Source: Candidatus Latescibacterota bacterium
GTDB lineage: Bacteria > Latescibacterota > UBA2968 > UBA8231
Length of the DNA: 64,000 nucleotides
Assembly (NCBI GenBank): GCA_965197905.1
Contig: CBDAOB010000005.1
Location: 544,001-608,000, forward strand
Direction: 5' to 3'
Positions 36,232 through 47,234 of this stretch are shown here, in pieces. The notes beneath the pieces were generated by a model, which did not search any database, was not told the DNA's origin, and was given only the letters and a program-made list of their open reading frames with translations. Positions within the stretch are counted from its first letter, which is position 1, and every line of letters begins with the position of its first letter. The position numbers were made by a program, and so were the translations under genes.

Positions 36232-37749
36232 GTGCAGGCTTACGACGTTGGAGATAAGAAACAGCTCTTCATCGATGAGCGGTGGTTCGCAACCCAACAC
36301 GGAATGAGCATCACCGTCAATCCTCCCACAAAGCAAGAGCGAGTGCTGGTACCCGAGGAACCGTGGGAGGCGAAGGGTATACATGCCTACAGCACGGTCC
36401 TGGAACACGACGGCATCTACAAGATGTGGTACGATGCCATTCCCACCCAAGGCAGCGGCATGCGCCGCAGTATCTGCTACGCCACCAGCGAAGACGGTGT
36501 CCATTGGGAGCGCCAATACGTAAATCTGTTCGAGCTGCCGGGGGTGCCCCGAAATTCGGTGGTAATGCCGGGAACCAACGGCAGCGTCATGGTCGATCCC
36601 AACGGTCCGGATGAGCACCGCTTCAAATGTATGGCCTTGATCACTGAGAACGACTTCTGGGACGACTCCAAGGGATGTATCTGCGGCCAGTACGACGGGT
36701 ACGAGAAGGAATACTGGTGCGAGCTCTATTTGTGCACCAGCCCCGACGGCATTCACTGGCATCGACAATCCCCGTCGGCCATGCCGTTCTTTCACGACAC
36801 GCAAAATGTCTTGATCTACGATGAGCGCATCGGTCGTTATGTCGCCTATATGCGGACGCACGAGAAACGCCGAACCGTCGGCCGCACCGAGTTCGACGAC
36901 CCGATGCAACTGCCGTGGCCCTTCGCAGAGAATCCCAACGATTTCCGCGGTCCTGGAAACTCCCGCTGGGCGGCGGGGGGCGAATACGAGCTCGCCCTCT
37001 GCGCAGACGAATCCGATCCGCCCGACACCGACCTCTACACTCCAAGTGTGCACATCTATCCGTGGGCAGCAGACTCCTATTTCAGTTTTACCACGCCGTA
37101 CCGCCACTATCCTTTCGGGGATACGTCTGATACAACGCTACAGGGAAAAGATGAGCGCGGCCGGTTCAGCAACGACGGTCCGTTAGAGATTCAGCTGGCG
37201 GTGAGCAGGGACGGAGTTTCCTGGTCACGTCCCGATCGTCGGCCGTATGTACCTCTGGGTTTGGTGGGTAGCTGGGACGGTGGCCAGGTGTATATGGCAC
37301 AGGGCCTGATCAACAAGGGAGACGAGATCTGGCAGTATTACAGCGGCACCTTCCATACCCACGGCGCCTACGATCCGGACGAAGAGGATCGCAGCGGCGG
37401 GCTGTGCCGCCTGGTTCAACGCCTCGACGGTTTCGTATCTGCCGACGCCGAGTACACGGGGGGTGAATTCACGACCCCCCTTATCACCTTTTCAGGAGAA
37501 GATTTGAAGCTAAACGCGGATTGTTCGGCTATGGGTGAGGTCTGGGTCGAGATTCGCGACGACCGCAACCATCCCATCGCCGGCTACACCCTGTCGGAGA
37601 GCATCAGCGTCGATCGCAACCAGATCGCCGCGCCGGTCGTATGGAACGATCGAGACGACGTGGGAGAGTTGGTAAGCCGACCGGTGCGCCTTCACTTCAA
37701 GGCCCGGGCGTGCAAGCTGTATGCGTTTCATTTCGAGGGGAGACCGTAA
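36232..37749 (+). CDS. GH32-like beta-propeller protein, paralogue 7 of 10
   Basis: KQLFIDE, PWEA, YATSEDGVHW, SPDGIHW, HDTQNV, QLAVSRDGVSW, QRLDGFVS, KLYAF. Confidence 0.75.
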   Translation: MQAYDVGDKKQLFIDERWFATQHGMSITVNPPTKQERVLVPEEPWEAKGIHAYSTVLEHDGIYKMWYDAIPTQGSGMRRSICYATSEDGVHWERQYVNLFELPGVPRNSVVMPGTNGSVMVDPNGPDEHRFKCMALITENDFWDDSKGCICGQYDGYEKEYWCELYLCTSPDGIHWHRQSPSAMPFFHDTQNVLIYDERIGRYVAYMRTHEKRRTVGRTEFDDPMQLPWPFAENPNDFRGPGNSRWAAGGEYELALCADESDPPDTDLYTPSVHIYPWAADSYFSFTTPYRHYPFGDTSDTTLQGKDERGRFSNDGPLEIQLAVSRDGVSWSRPDRRPYVPLGLVGSWDGGQVYMAQGLINKGDEIWQYYSGTFHTHGAYDPDEEDRSGGLCRLVQRLDGFVSADAEYTGGEFTTPLITFSGEDLKLNADCSAMGEVWVEIRDDRNHPIAGYTLSESISVDRNQIAAPVVWNDRDDVGELVSRPVRLHFKARACKLYAFHFEGRP

Positions 37750-37751
37750 GA

Positions 37752-38587
37752 GTGACACCCGAACAACGATATTTCTTCGATCTCAGCGGGTATCTGCATG
37801 TCGAGAGCGCCCTTGGGGCGGACGAACTGAAGCAGGCCCAAGAAGCAGCCGATCGATACATCACTTCCACGCCAGAGGAGCTGCCGCCCGGATTCTCTAT
37901 CGAATATGCCGAGGGGCCTCGCCACCTCGACGGTCACGCCCACGGTTTCGCCTTCGACAAGGCGCTCGAACGATTGACGATGCATCCGGTGACCTGGCCG
38001 ATCATCAAGGAGCTTACGGGAAATAAACCCAGGTTCACCAGTGGCACCCTGGCCGTGAATACAGCGCGCCATCGCTTCCATCCGTTGCATTCTCTCAAGG
38101 AAGATGTGGAACAGAGCGGACCCCGAACTGCCACGCTACCAAGGATGGGCGCATCTTCAGCGACAACTTCGTCGTTTTCTTCTACCTCACCGACGTGCTC
38201 CCTCGTGATGGCGGACTGATGCTAGTCCCCGGCTCGCACAAATCCGAGTTTTCGCGCCCACAGAACCTTTTCTACCAAGACACCTACGATAACGAAGGGT
38301 ATGTAGCTGAGGAAATTCCGGCAGGTGTTGCCAACGTGACGGCTCGAGCAGGGGATGTGGTGTTCATGTCGGAGATGGTGAGCCACGGCGCGTTGAACTG
38401 GAAACCGCAGGATCGGGATCGGCGCTTTCTCACCTTGCGCTACGCGCCCCAGTTTATCGCCAGCAACGGCAAGTTCCCCGACGAGATCCTAGAGCGCTTG
38501 TCTCCCGAGACGAACGAGCTTGTCGCGGTTACCGGTTATGCCCATACCAAGGAGGTCGCCAAGCTCGATCGTGTGGAGCTCTCATGA
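37752..38587 (+). pseudogene. phytanoyl-CoA dioxygenase (PhyH) family Fe(II)/2-OG oxygenase, frameshifted near 38105-38145
   Basis: GTG 37752 gives MTPEQRYFFDLSGYLHVE...HPLH. It continues in another frame as KDGRIFSDNFVVFFYLTDVLPRDGGLMLVPGSHKS...AGDVVFMSEMVSHGALNW...RRFLTLRY, all typical PhyH motifs. Confidence 0.8.
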
Positions 38588-40047
38588 GTGGAATCGCCGG
38601 TTGCTGCGGCGAACGTGTACTCTTCCTCGATATGGAGGCGGTGGCCGCTCGACGCAACGTAATACAGACAGTCGTCGAAGCCGAGAAACATCCGTCGAAT
38701 CCGGTGTTGCCGCTGGGCGATGTGGGGGAATGGGATTCCCTGCAGGTCAAACCGTGGGCATCGCGGAGTGTCATCTACGACGACGAAGAACAGTTATTCA
38801 AGTGCTGGTATACCGGGATCGATATCGGCGCCACGGTGCACACCACGGGATACGCCATCAGCGAAAATGGTGTCGATTGGTCAAAACCTCGCCTTGGCCT
38901 GTTCGAATACAACGGGAACAAGGACAACAATATCTGCATAGAGAGTGGATACGGCCCGGTTATCAAAGATGTCGCCGAAGAGGATCCCAACCGGCGCTAC
39001 AAACTTATCCTGAAGCAAGGCGCGAAGCACCCGGACAAAATTACTCTAGCCTATTCCTCAGACGGTCTAGAATGGCGCGACGGACCGGTGATGGAAGAGC
39101 CGCAGTGGAACGACCGCACCCCCGACATCGGTGGTCTGATCCGGGACGACCAGGATCCGGACCCCAACCGGCGGTACAAGTACACCTGGATGTCGGTTCA
39201 TCCAGCGGACAAACCGGGACCCGATCTCGTGCGCACCCAGTCTCTGGGTTGCGGCCCCGACGTCGAAGATTTCAGCGGTATCGCCGACAACCCGATCCTG
39301 CATCCCAACGACGGGTTGGAGCAGGAGAACCACTTCATCATGCTGTCCCCTTACGCCGGTCAATATGTGGTGCTCTATGAGTACGGGTGGTACATGCCTA
39401 ACGGCACCGGCAGGTTCGGCAGCTACACTGCGGATGTGCGCCTGGCCGCCAGCCGCGATGGCGACCATTATACTCGGGTGAATTCTAGCCAGCCGGTGAT
39501 TCGGCGGGGCCAGCATGGGGAGTGGGACGATGGCTTTCTGGTCATCTCCGACAAGCCAATCGTCGTGGACGACAAGATCTACCTCTACTATAGCGGCAAC
39601 TCAGAGGAGTGGACCTCGTGGCCGTGGCAGAACAAGATCGACCGCGACATGGAGATCAAAACCGGGTTCATTCGCACCACCCGCATGGGTCTGGCGACCT
39701 TGCGCCTGGATGGGTTCTCCTGCCTCGAGACCGCCGATCGCGAGACCCCCGGTTGGATGGAGACGGTTCCCTTCCAGCTCGAAGCTGATGCAGCGCTCTG
39801 GGTAAACGCGGGTTCCCTTCTGCCGCGACGAAGCTGGATCGAGGTTGAAGTGCTGGACGCGGGAGCGAATGAGGTTGTGCCCGGGTTTGGACGCGGTGAT
39901 TGCAAGCAGCTACAGACTGACTCGGTGCACGCAAAATTGTCCTGGAACCAGGCGCGACAACTGCCGGCGGGCCGAAAACTACAACTTCGATTCCACCTCA
40001 TGGGAGCGGCTCGCCTTTACTCTTTCGGATTTGAGGAGGCCACATGA
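38584..40047 (+). CDS. GH32-like beta-propeller protein, paralogue 8 of 10
   Basis: KHPSNPV, YAISENGVDWSKPRLG, DPNRRYK, SSDGLEW, LAASRDG, GEWDDG, LRLDGFS, ARLYSF. ATGA overlap with the PhyH stop. Confidence 0.75.
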   Translation: MSGIAGCCGERVLFLDMEAVAARRNVIQTVVEAEKHPSNPVLPLGDVGEWDSLQVKPWASRSVIYDDEEQLFKCWYTGIDIGATVHTTGYAISENGVDWSKPRLGLFEYNGNKDNNICIESGYGPVIKDVAEEDPNRRYKLILKQGAKHPDKITLAYSSDGLEWRDGPVMEEPQWNDRTPDIGGLIRDDQDPDPNRRYKYTWMSVHPADKPGPDLVRTQSLGCGPDVEDFSGIADNPILHPNDGLEQENHFIMLSPYAGQYVVLYEYGWYMPNGTGRFGSYTADVRLAASRDGDHYTRVNSSQPVIRRGQHGEWDDGFLVISDKPIVVDDKIYLYYSGNSEEWTSWPWQNKIDRDMEIKTGFIRTTRMGLATLRLDGFSCLETADRETPGWMETVPFQLEADAALWVNAGSLLPRRSWIEVEVLDAGANEVVPGFGRGDCKQLQTDSVHAKLSWNQARQLPAGRKLQLRFHLMGAARLYSFGFEEAT

Positions 40048-41315
40048 ACAGCAAACTGCGACAACGGATCGGCGATGCCATCGCCGCGATGCCGGTGTTC
40101 AATCATCACGAGCATTGCTGGAAATCATTCAGCACCGACCATCAGCAGGAGTTCGACCTGCCTTGTCTGCTAACCTATGGGTATCTGGGTGGCAACCTCA
40201 ACGCCGCGGGGCTTGGGGAACGAAGAGATTTCGACTACCTGAGCGACCCGGAGCTGCCGGACGGCTCGGAGAAGGCATGGTCGCTGATAGCACCGTTTCT
40301 ACCGAAGGTGCGCAACACCGCCTTCTACCGTTATCAATTGCTCACTTTGCGCGATCTGTTCGAGGTAGAGGAGAGCGATCTATATTGCGATCGCTGGCGG
40401 CAGGCTTCTGAACGCATCCGATGCTACAGTCGAGAAACGAAAGGTCAAGGGGCGAAGCTTTCCGCTCGCATGGGTACTACAGGCTCCGTTCTCGATGCCA
40501 AGGCGGGGATCGCACCCGGGCTTCCCAAAACGGTGCCCAGCGACCACACGCTGCTTAACGTCATACGGCTGGATCGATTCATCCACGAAGGGCGCGGGTT
40601 GAAAATGGCGCTGGACGACCATCCAGGCCGCGACTTCGAAGGGTGGATGGAGCTCTTCGACGGCATCTGTAAACAGGCCCTGGACGACGGCGCCCATGGC
40701 TTTAAATGCGGTCTGGCTTACAATCGTCCTCTCGATTTCGGCTGTCCGACCCGCGATGACGCGGCGCGTATCTTCAACCGCGGCATCCTTACGGCATCGC
40801 CGGAGGAGAAGAAAACCTTTCAGGACTACATGATGAATCGGTTGGCCGAACGCTGCGTAGAAGCGGACGTGCCGATGCAGATCCACACCGGCATGACCGA
40901 GGATATCGCCGGTGCCAACCCGACGCACATGACCGAATTCCTCTACAAACATGAGGAGCTGCGCCTAGATCTCTTTCATGGCGGCTACCCCTGGTCGGTT
41001 CAGGCGGGCTTGATGGCGGCGAACCATCCAAACATGTTTATCGATGGTTGTTGGCTGCATTCCATCTCGTATCAGGGATTTCGCGAGGCGCTCACCGCAT
41101 GGATCGAGAATGTGCCGATGAACAAGATCTTCGCTTGGGGTGGCGACCACACGATCCTGGAGCAGAGCTACGGCTCTCTGGTGGTTGCACGCGAGCTGGT
41201 GGCCGACGTGCTGGCAGACCTGGTGCACCGGGAGTACTTCGATGAAGAGCTGGCGCTAGAGGTGGCCCGCCGCATTCTTCACGACAACGGCATCGAGTTC
41301 TGGGGTTTGGAATGA
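40044..41315 (+). CDS. amidohydrolase family protein (Amidohydro_2; FluG N-terminal/uronate isomerase-like)
   Basis: HHEH metal motif, FKCGLAYNR, MQIHTG, LFHGGYP, AWGGD. Confidence 0.8.
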   Translation: MNSKLRQRIGDAIAAMPVFNHHEHCWKSFSTDHQQEFDLPCLLTYGYLGGNLNAAGLGERRDFDYLSDPELPDGSEKAWSLIAPFLPKVRNTAFYRYQLLTLRDLFEVEESDLYCDRWRQASERIRCYSRETKGQGAKLSARMGTTGSVLDAKAGIAPGLPKTVPSDHTLLNVIRLDRFIHEGRGLKMALDDHPGRDFEGWMELFDGICKQALDDGAHGFKCGLAYNRPLDFGCPTRDDAARIFNRGILTASPEEKKTFQDYMMNRLAERCVEADVPMQIHTGMTEDIAGANPTHMTEFLYKHEELRLDLFHGGYPWSVQAGLMAANHPNMFIDGCWLHSISYQGFREALTAWIENVPMNKIFAWGGDHTILEQSYGSLVVARELVADVLADLVHREYFDEELALEVARRILHDNGIEFWGLE

Positions 41316-41394
41316 GTGGTGTGAATCTCAGACCCGCTGTTTCGTTACGGCCGGGGTGGGTGCAGCCGCTCCGGGCGAACCAGGGGAGACTGTT

Positions 41395-42141
41395 TTGACT
41401 ACCAAAAAGGACTACAGACACCAACCGTTCACCAAATTCGTCGCCCTCGGCGAGAGCACCACGGCCGGCGGGTGGTCCACGTCGCCGGAGCGCTGCTGGG
41501 TGCCGCGGTTGGCGGCGCTGATCGACGATTTCCAGGAACGACCCCTGGAGGTTTTCAATGCCGGCATTGGTGCCAATGTGATCTCACGGCGATCTCCCGC
41601 CTACGAAACCAGCGGCAAGCCGGCGGCCGACGAGCGCCTGCAGAAACACGTCATCGACCAGGTGCCCGATCTTCTGGTCATTTCCTACGGCCTGAACGAT
41701 GCGCGCTGCGGCATCTCGTGGAGCCTCTTCCGTCGGGTCATGTTGAGTCTGGTAAGGCGAGTGCGCGAAAAACTCGATCCGGTCATCGTCTTGCCGGGAC
41801 CGTACTACATGTGGGATTTCGAAATCGGTCGGGAAGGAGGTTACGGCAGGGGAGATCTCGAGATGTTCAAGAGATTCAACAAAGGAATCTCCCGCCTCGC
41901 CCGGGCGCACGACTGTCTCTACGTCGATCTGTTGGACGCCTACGGAGAAAGCGATTGGATGATCCATTACGACGGTGTTCACGCCAACGATCTGGGGCAC
42001 CGGATCGTCTCCAACAGAATATTCGAGGTTCTGGCGCAGAACTGCTCCTGCCTTGCCAACCGAACCAGAGCGATGGAGAGATCGAGTCCGCGCTGGCGCG
42101 ACGAGTCGGTGCTGATCATGACAGGTCGGGACGACACATAG
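41395..42141 (+). CDS. SGNH/GDSL hydrolase
   Basis: ALGESTT, NAGIG, YGLND, DGVHAN. Probable TTG start behind GGGGAG. Confidence 0.85.
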   Translation: MTTKKDYRHQPFTKFVALGESTTAGGWSTSPERCWVPRLAALIDDFQERPLEVFNAGIGANVISRRSPAYETSGKPAADERLQKHVIDQVPDLLVISYGLNDARCGISWSLFRRVMLSLVRRVREKLDPVIVLPGPYYMWDFEIGREGGYGRGDLEMFKRFNKGISRLARAHDCLYVDLLDAYGESDWMIHYDGVHANDLGHRIVSNRIFEVLAQNCSCLANRTRAMERSSPRWRDESVLIMTGRDDT

Positions 42142-42158
42142 ACTCCAAAAGCGTGGCA

Positions 42159-43655
42159 ATGACGTTCGCTGATCCAACTAATCTCTACGATCCAGGACTT
42201 CATCTGTTCGTCGACGACTCCGAAGTCCAGGATCATCCCGGATTCATGCGCAAGGTCCAGCGTCCGACGCGGGTGCAGCCGGAACCCGTGCTGCAGCCCG
42301 AGCGACCCTGGGAGGGGAAGACGGTCCAGATCAAGGGTGGTTATCGCTACAATCGGGAAACCGATCTGTTCGAGATGTGGTATTGGACCTGGTCCTGCAC
42401 GATCGACGAGATGAACGAAGGGGCTCCCACCTTCCTCTGCTACGCGACCTCGAGGGATGGCGTCGCATGGGAGCGCCCGAAGCTGGGGCAGTACGAGTTC
42501 GAAGGGTCCAGGGAGAACAACATCGTGCTGGCGACCACGGGCGATCCGTGGGGTGTCATCGTGGATCCCCTTGAGCAGGACCCGGCGCGTCGCTTCAAGC
42601 TGGGGCTCTACCATCAGCCACAGGGGAGCCCGGGACCAAAGGACCCGACGGCTCGGCGGCGCTACATGCAGTCAGTGATCGACCGCTACGGCATGCACGC
42701 CTGCTCCTCACCGGACGGCATTCGCTGGACTTTCGAGGATACGCTTCTAGTGGGTGGGGCGGGTGACGCCGGAGTACTGGCATACGATCCGCTGCGTGGC
42801 GGATATTTCGCTACCTCAAGACGTCGCCACAACCTCGCCGATCACTTCGTCCTCGAGTGGAAGAAATACCGCCGCGTGATCGCCATTTCCAGAAGCGACG
42901 ATTTTTCCTCTTGGAAGCCGCTGCGGACTGTGCTTAAGCCGGATGAGTTCGACGACGTGGGTGTGCAGCTCTACCAGATGGTGCCGTTTGTCTACGGCAA
43001 TCAGTACGTCGGGTTTCTTTGGGTGGCTCATCCAACCGAGCTCAGCGGCATGGAGCTGGCATCGGCGCGGGAACTCTGCTCCTGGGAGCGGGTGGGGCGC
43101 CGGGAAGAGTTCTTCTCGGTCGGCTCACCGGGATCGTGGGATATGGGGTGGGCGGCGCTCGGCTTGAGTCCGCCGGCGCTGAAGGGGGACACCCTATACA
43201 TGTGGTATTCGGGTAAACCTCAAGGACACGGCACCCAGGGAAATTTCAGCAGCGCCATCGGTCTGCTGACCTTGCGCCGCGACGGCTTCGTGGCCTTACG
43301 CGCCGGAATTCGCGGCGGTGAACTCATGACCGAACCGATCGAGATCACCGGCCCCAGACTCTCGGTGAATGCGACGGTTCTCTTTGGCGAATTGAAGGTG
43401 CGTGTTATCGATGATGCGGAGGTGGCGGACGGATACTCGCTGGAAAAGTGTAACAGCCTGGTGCGCGACGATCGCGTCGATACCGTCATCACCTGGGGTG
43501 ACGATGGCCAAGACCTGGCGCCCTTTGTCGGTCGCAAGGTCCGCCTTCACATACAGACGGACAACGCCACCAGTCTTTATTCCTACCGAACGTGGCAAGC
43601 TCAGGCAAAAAGTTGCGCGACCGACGACTCGCTCCGATCACGACCGTACAGCTAG
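42159..43655 (+). CDS. GH32-like beta-propeller protein, paralogue 9 of 10
   Basis: HLFVDD, PWEG, YATSRDGVAWERPKLG, SPDGIRW, SRSDDF, GSWD, LRRDGFV, SLYSY. The upstream part of the 41472 ORF is a shadow of the SGNH gene. Confidence 0.75.
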   Translation: MTFADPTNLYDPGLHLFVDDSEVQDHPGFMRKVQRPTRVQPEPVLQPERPWEGKTVQIKGGYRYNRETDLFEMWYWTWSCTIDEMNEGAPTFLCYATSRDGVAWERPKLGQYEFEGSRENNIVLATTGDPWGVIVDPLEQDPARRFKLGLYHQPQGSPGPKDPTARRRYMQSVIDRYGMHACSSPDGIRWTFEDTLLVGGAGDAGVLAYDPLRGGYFATSRRRHNLADHFVLEWKKYRRVIAISRSDDFSSWKPLRTVLKPDEFDDVGVQLYQMVPFVYGNQYVGFLWVAHPTELSGMELASARELCSWERVGRREEFFSVGSPGSWDMGWAALGLSPPALKGDTLYMWYSGKPQGHGTQGNFSSAIGLLTLRRDGFVALRAGIRGGELMTEPIEITGPRLSVNATVLFGELKVRVIDDAEVADGYSLEKCNSLVRDDRVDTVITWGDDGQDLAPFVGRKVRLHIQTDNATSLYSYRTWQAQAKSCATDDSLRSRPYS

Positions 43656-43665
43656 GAGCACGAAA

Positions 43666-44787
43666 TTGATATACGACGGACATGCCTACTGTTTCCCACC
43701 CCCGAGCCAGAACGCAGGTTTTGCCGACCCGGCTGAGTTCTGGCGCTTCCTGCAACTGTTCATGGCCTGGGCACGTCAGCAGCCGTGCTGGCGCAAACGC
43801 GACCGGGAGCCGGCCGACGCAGGAGGGTTGTACGACACGACCAAGGGGGTCAGCTTCGACAGTCTCAAGGAGGCCTATTTCCGCATCGGCGAACATGGGC
43901 TGGTAGAATGGACCGTCGACGGAGAAGATTACGTCAAACAGGCGTTACCCCCATGGATTGTCGACTTCGCCTATCCAGCCGACAGCCTGATCTCCGAGAT
44001 GGACTATGCCGGCGTCGACCGCGCCCTGCTGCATCGAACCCCGTACATGGGGCTGTCCAACGATTTTATTGCCGACTGCTGTCGTCGTAATCCCGGCCGC
44101 ATCGACGGACTGGCGTACGTGGAAGAGTGGCTTCTCTCAAGCGACATGGACGCTTGCATCGCCAAGCTGGACCGGGCGATCAACGAGCTTGGCCTGGTCG
44201 GGTTGCAGTTCATGCCGTTTCACCGACCCCTGTACGGGCTGTCCGCCAAATGGAATGGGCCGGAATTCGACCCGTACTGGAAGGCGGTCCAGTCTCTGGG
44301 AATCCCGGTATTCTTCACCATTGGCGGCGGCCGCGATTTGGAGGAGTATCTCGAGGAATTGCGCAGTTTGCGGCGGTGGATGGAGCGATACCCGGAGGTG
44401 CCTGTCGTAAAGACCCATGGGTTCAACTGGCGGCTGTTTTCTGACGACGAAAGGCTGGTGGTTCCGGATGAAGTCTACGACGCGGCCCCCCTGGATCACC
44501 CCATGTTCAACATCCAGATCCTGTTCGCCGTATTCCTCCAATCCCGCTGGGACTACCCGATGCCGCAGATGCGTCCTACCCTGGAAACTATGGTTGAACG
44601 GATCGGAGCTGATCGACTCATGTGGGGAACCGACATCCCGATCGTGCTGTTGCACTGGACTTACCGGCAGAGTCTGGATTTCATTCGCAACTACTGCGAT
44701 TTCATCGACTCTGATGATATGGAGCTCATCCTGGGCGGAAATATGGTCCGTTTTCTGAGATCACGCCCGCCTGGTTCAATTGCCTGA
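43666..44787 (+). CDS. amidohydrolase family protein (Amidohydro_2)
   Basis: TTG start behind AGGAG. YDGHAY, EMDYAGVDRALL, KTHG, IGADRLMWGTDIP, ILGGN. Confidence 0.8.
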   Translation: MIYDGHAYCFPPPSQNAGFADPAEFWRFLQLFMAWARQQPCWRKRDREPADAGGLYDTTKGVSFDSLKEAYFRIGEHGLVEWTVDGEDYVKQALPPWIVDFAYPADSLISEMDYAGVDRALLHRTPYMGLSNDFIADCCRRNPGRIDGLAYVEEWLLSSDMDACIAKLDRAINELGLVGLQFMPFHRPLYGLSAKWNGPEFDPYWKAVQSLGIPVFFTIGGGRDLEEYLEELRSLRRWMERYPEVPVVKTHGFNWRLFSDDERLVVPDEVYDAAPLDHPMFNIQILFAVFLQSRWDYPMPQMRPTLETMVERIGADRLMWGTDIPIVLLHWTYRQSLDFIRNYCDFIDSDDMELILGGNMVRFLRSRPPGSIA

Positions 44788-45019
44788 CGGGATGGGAATG
44801 CCCCTGCTCACTCGAGTGAAAGCGGATTATTGCCAAGTCCGCTGCCCCTGCGCCGGCGCCCAATCACCCCTACGGCGAGCATTAACCTCCTCTCACTCTT
44901 GCTTCCTTGGCCGATATATTCAATACCGGTAGGTGAGGTTGTTTTTGTTTTTCCGCCCCAGAGAGTTATCTTAATAGAGATCCGGCGGGACCCGGCAGTC
45001 AAATCCGGAGGATAATAGT

Positions 45020-45871
45020 ATGGGCTCTGGTGGCGCTGTGCGGATGGTTTTTCTGTTTATCGCGATTTTTCCTCAGGCCGTTGCGGCCAAGGAATCCTAC
45101 GTCCAGTTTCAGGCGTTCGACTGGGCCCCGGTAAAATGGGCCGTCGGAATCCTCCTCGCTGCATCCATTCTCGTCCTCATCCTCAAAATGGTCGTTGGCG
45201 CAAAAGCCAAATCCAAGCCGGCCAAGAGTAGCAAGAAACGGGAGCAAACACCCGAAGAGACCGGGTTCGGCGAGCGGGCCGAGTCGATGGGTTTCAGAGT
45301 GAAGGAATCCAAGCTGCTCATTCAGATTGCCTCTAAGGTCGCACCTCACAAGCCGGAGACCGTCCTGAACACCGCCAACGGTCGCGAACACCTTTACAAA
45401 GACCTGGAAAAGCGTGTTCGGGAGCGCGAAGTGGCCGTGATCCGCGACGTGCAACGCAAGCTCGAGAATATGCGGGGTCGGGACATCACGGAACGGGAAT
45501 CCAAGAGGATCGAGAGCAACATGCCGGTCTGGGTCGTCAGGAAGATCGGACGTAGCGCTTCCGATCCGGACGCACTAGAAGCGCCAGAAGAGGAAGGTTC
45601 CGAACTCAAGCCCAGTCAGGGGCGGTTGGTGGACATCGGGGAGGGGGGAGCGGCGGTTAAGGTGGAGATCGAGGCGGACTCCGGAGACCTCGTGGACCTC
45701 TGGTCAGGGGATCCGAACGTACTGCTTTCTCCCACAACGGCGGTTGTAGTTCAGCTCAAACGAGACGATGACACTGACGAGCATGTGGTTCATCTGTCCT
45801 TCCTCGACCCGCCGCTCTCTGAGCTTCGCGCCGCCCTCTACGAGATAGAGATGCGCAGCCAGGCAGTCTGA
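45020..45871 (+). CDS. membrane-anchored PilZ-domain protein
   Basis: N-terminal hydrophobic segments. RESKR (RxxxR) and DIGEGG (D-x-S/G-x-G-G) c-di-GMP-type motifs. RBS GGAGG. Confidence 0.65.
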   Translation: MGSGGAVRMVFLFIAIFPQAVAAKESYVQFQAFDWAPVKWAVGILLAASILVLILKMVVGAKAKSKPAKSSKKREQTPEETGFGERAESMGFRVKESKLLIQIASKVAPHKPETVLNTANGREHLYKDLEKRVREREVAVIRDVQRKLENMRGRDITERESKRIESNMPVWVVRKIGRSASDPDALEAPEEEGSELKPSQGRLVDIGEGGAAVKVEIEADSGDLVDLWSGDPNVLLSPTTAVVVQLKRDDDTDEHVVHLSFLDPPLSELRAALYEIEMRSQAV

Positions 45872-45892
45872 GCGACACTTCGCGCACAACCC

Positions 45893-47218
<1,326 letters not shown>

Positions 47219-47234
47219 GGGAATCCCCTAAACA

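Noticed and set aside
41472..43665. 727-aa ORF (41472) and 461-aa ORF (43402) suggesting fusions or overlaps
   Set aside because: The N-terminal extensions are shadow sequence of the upstream genes. Family motifs and RBS position support starts at 42159 and 43666.
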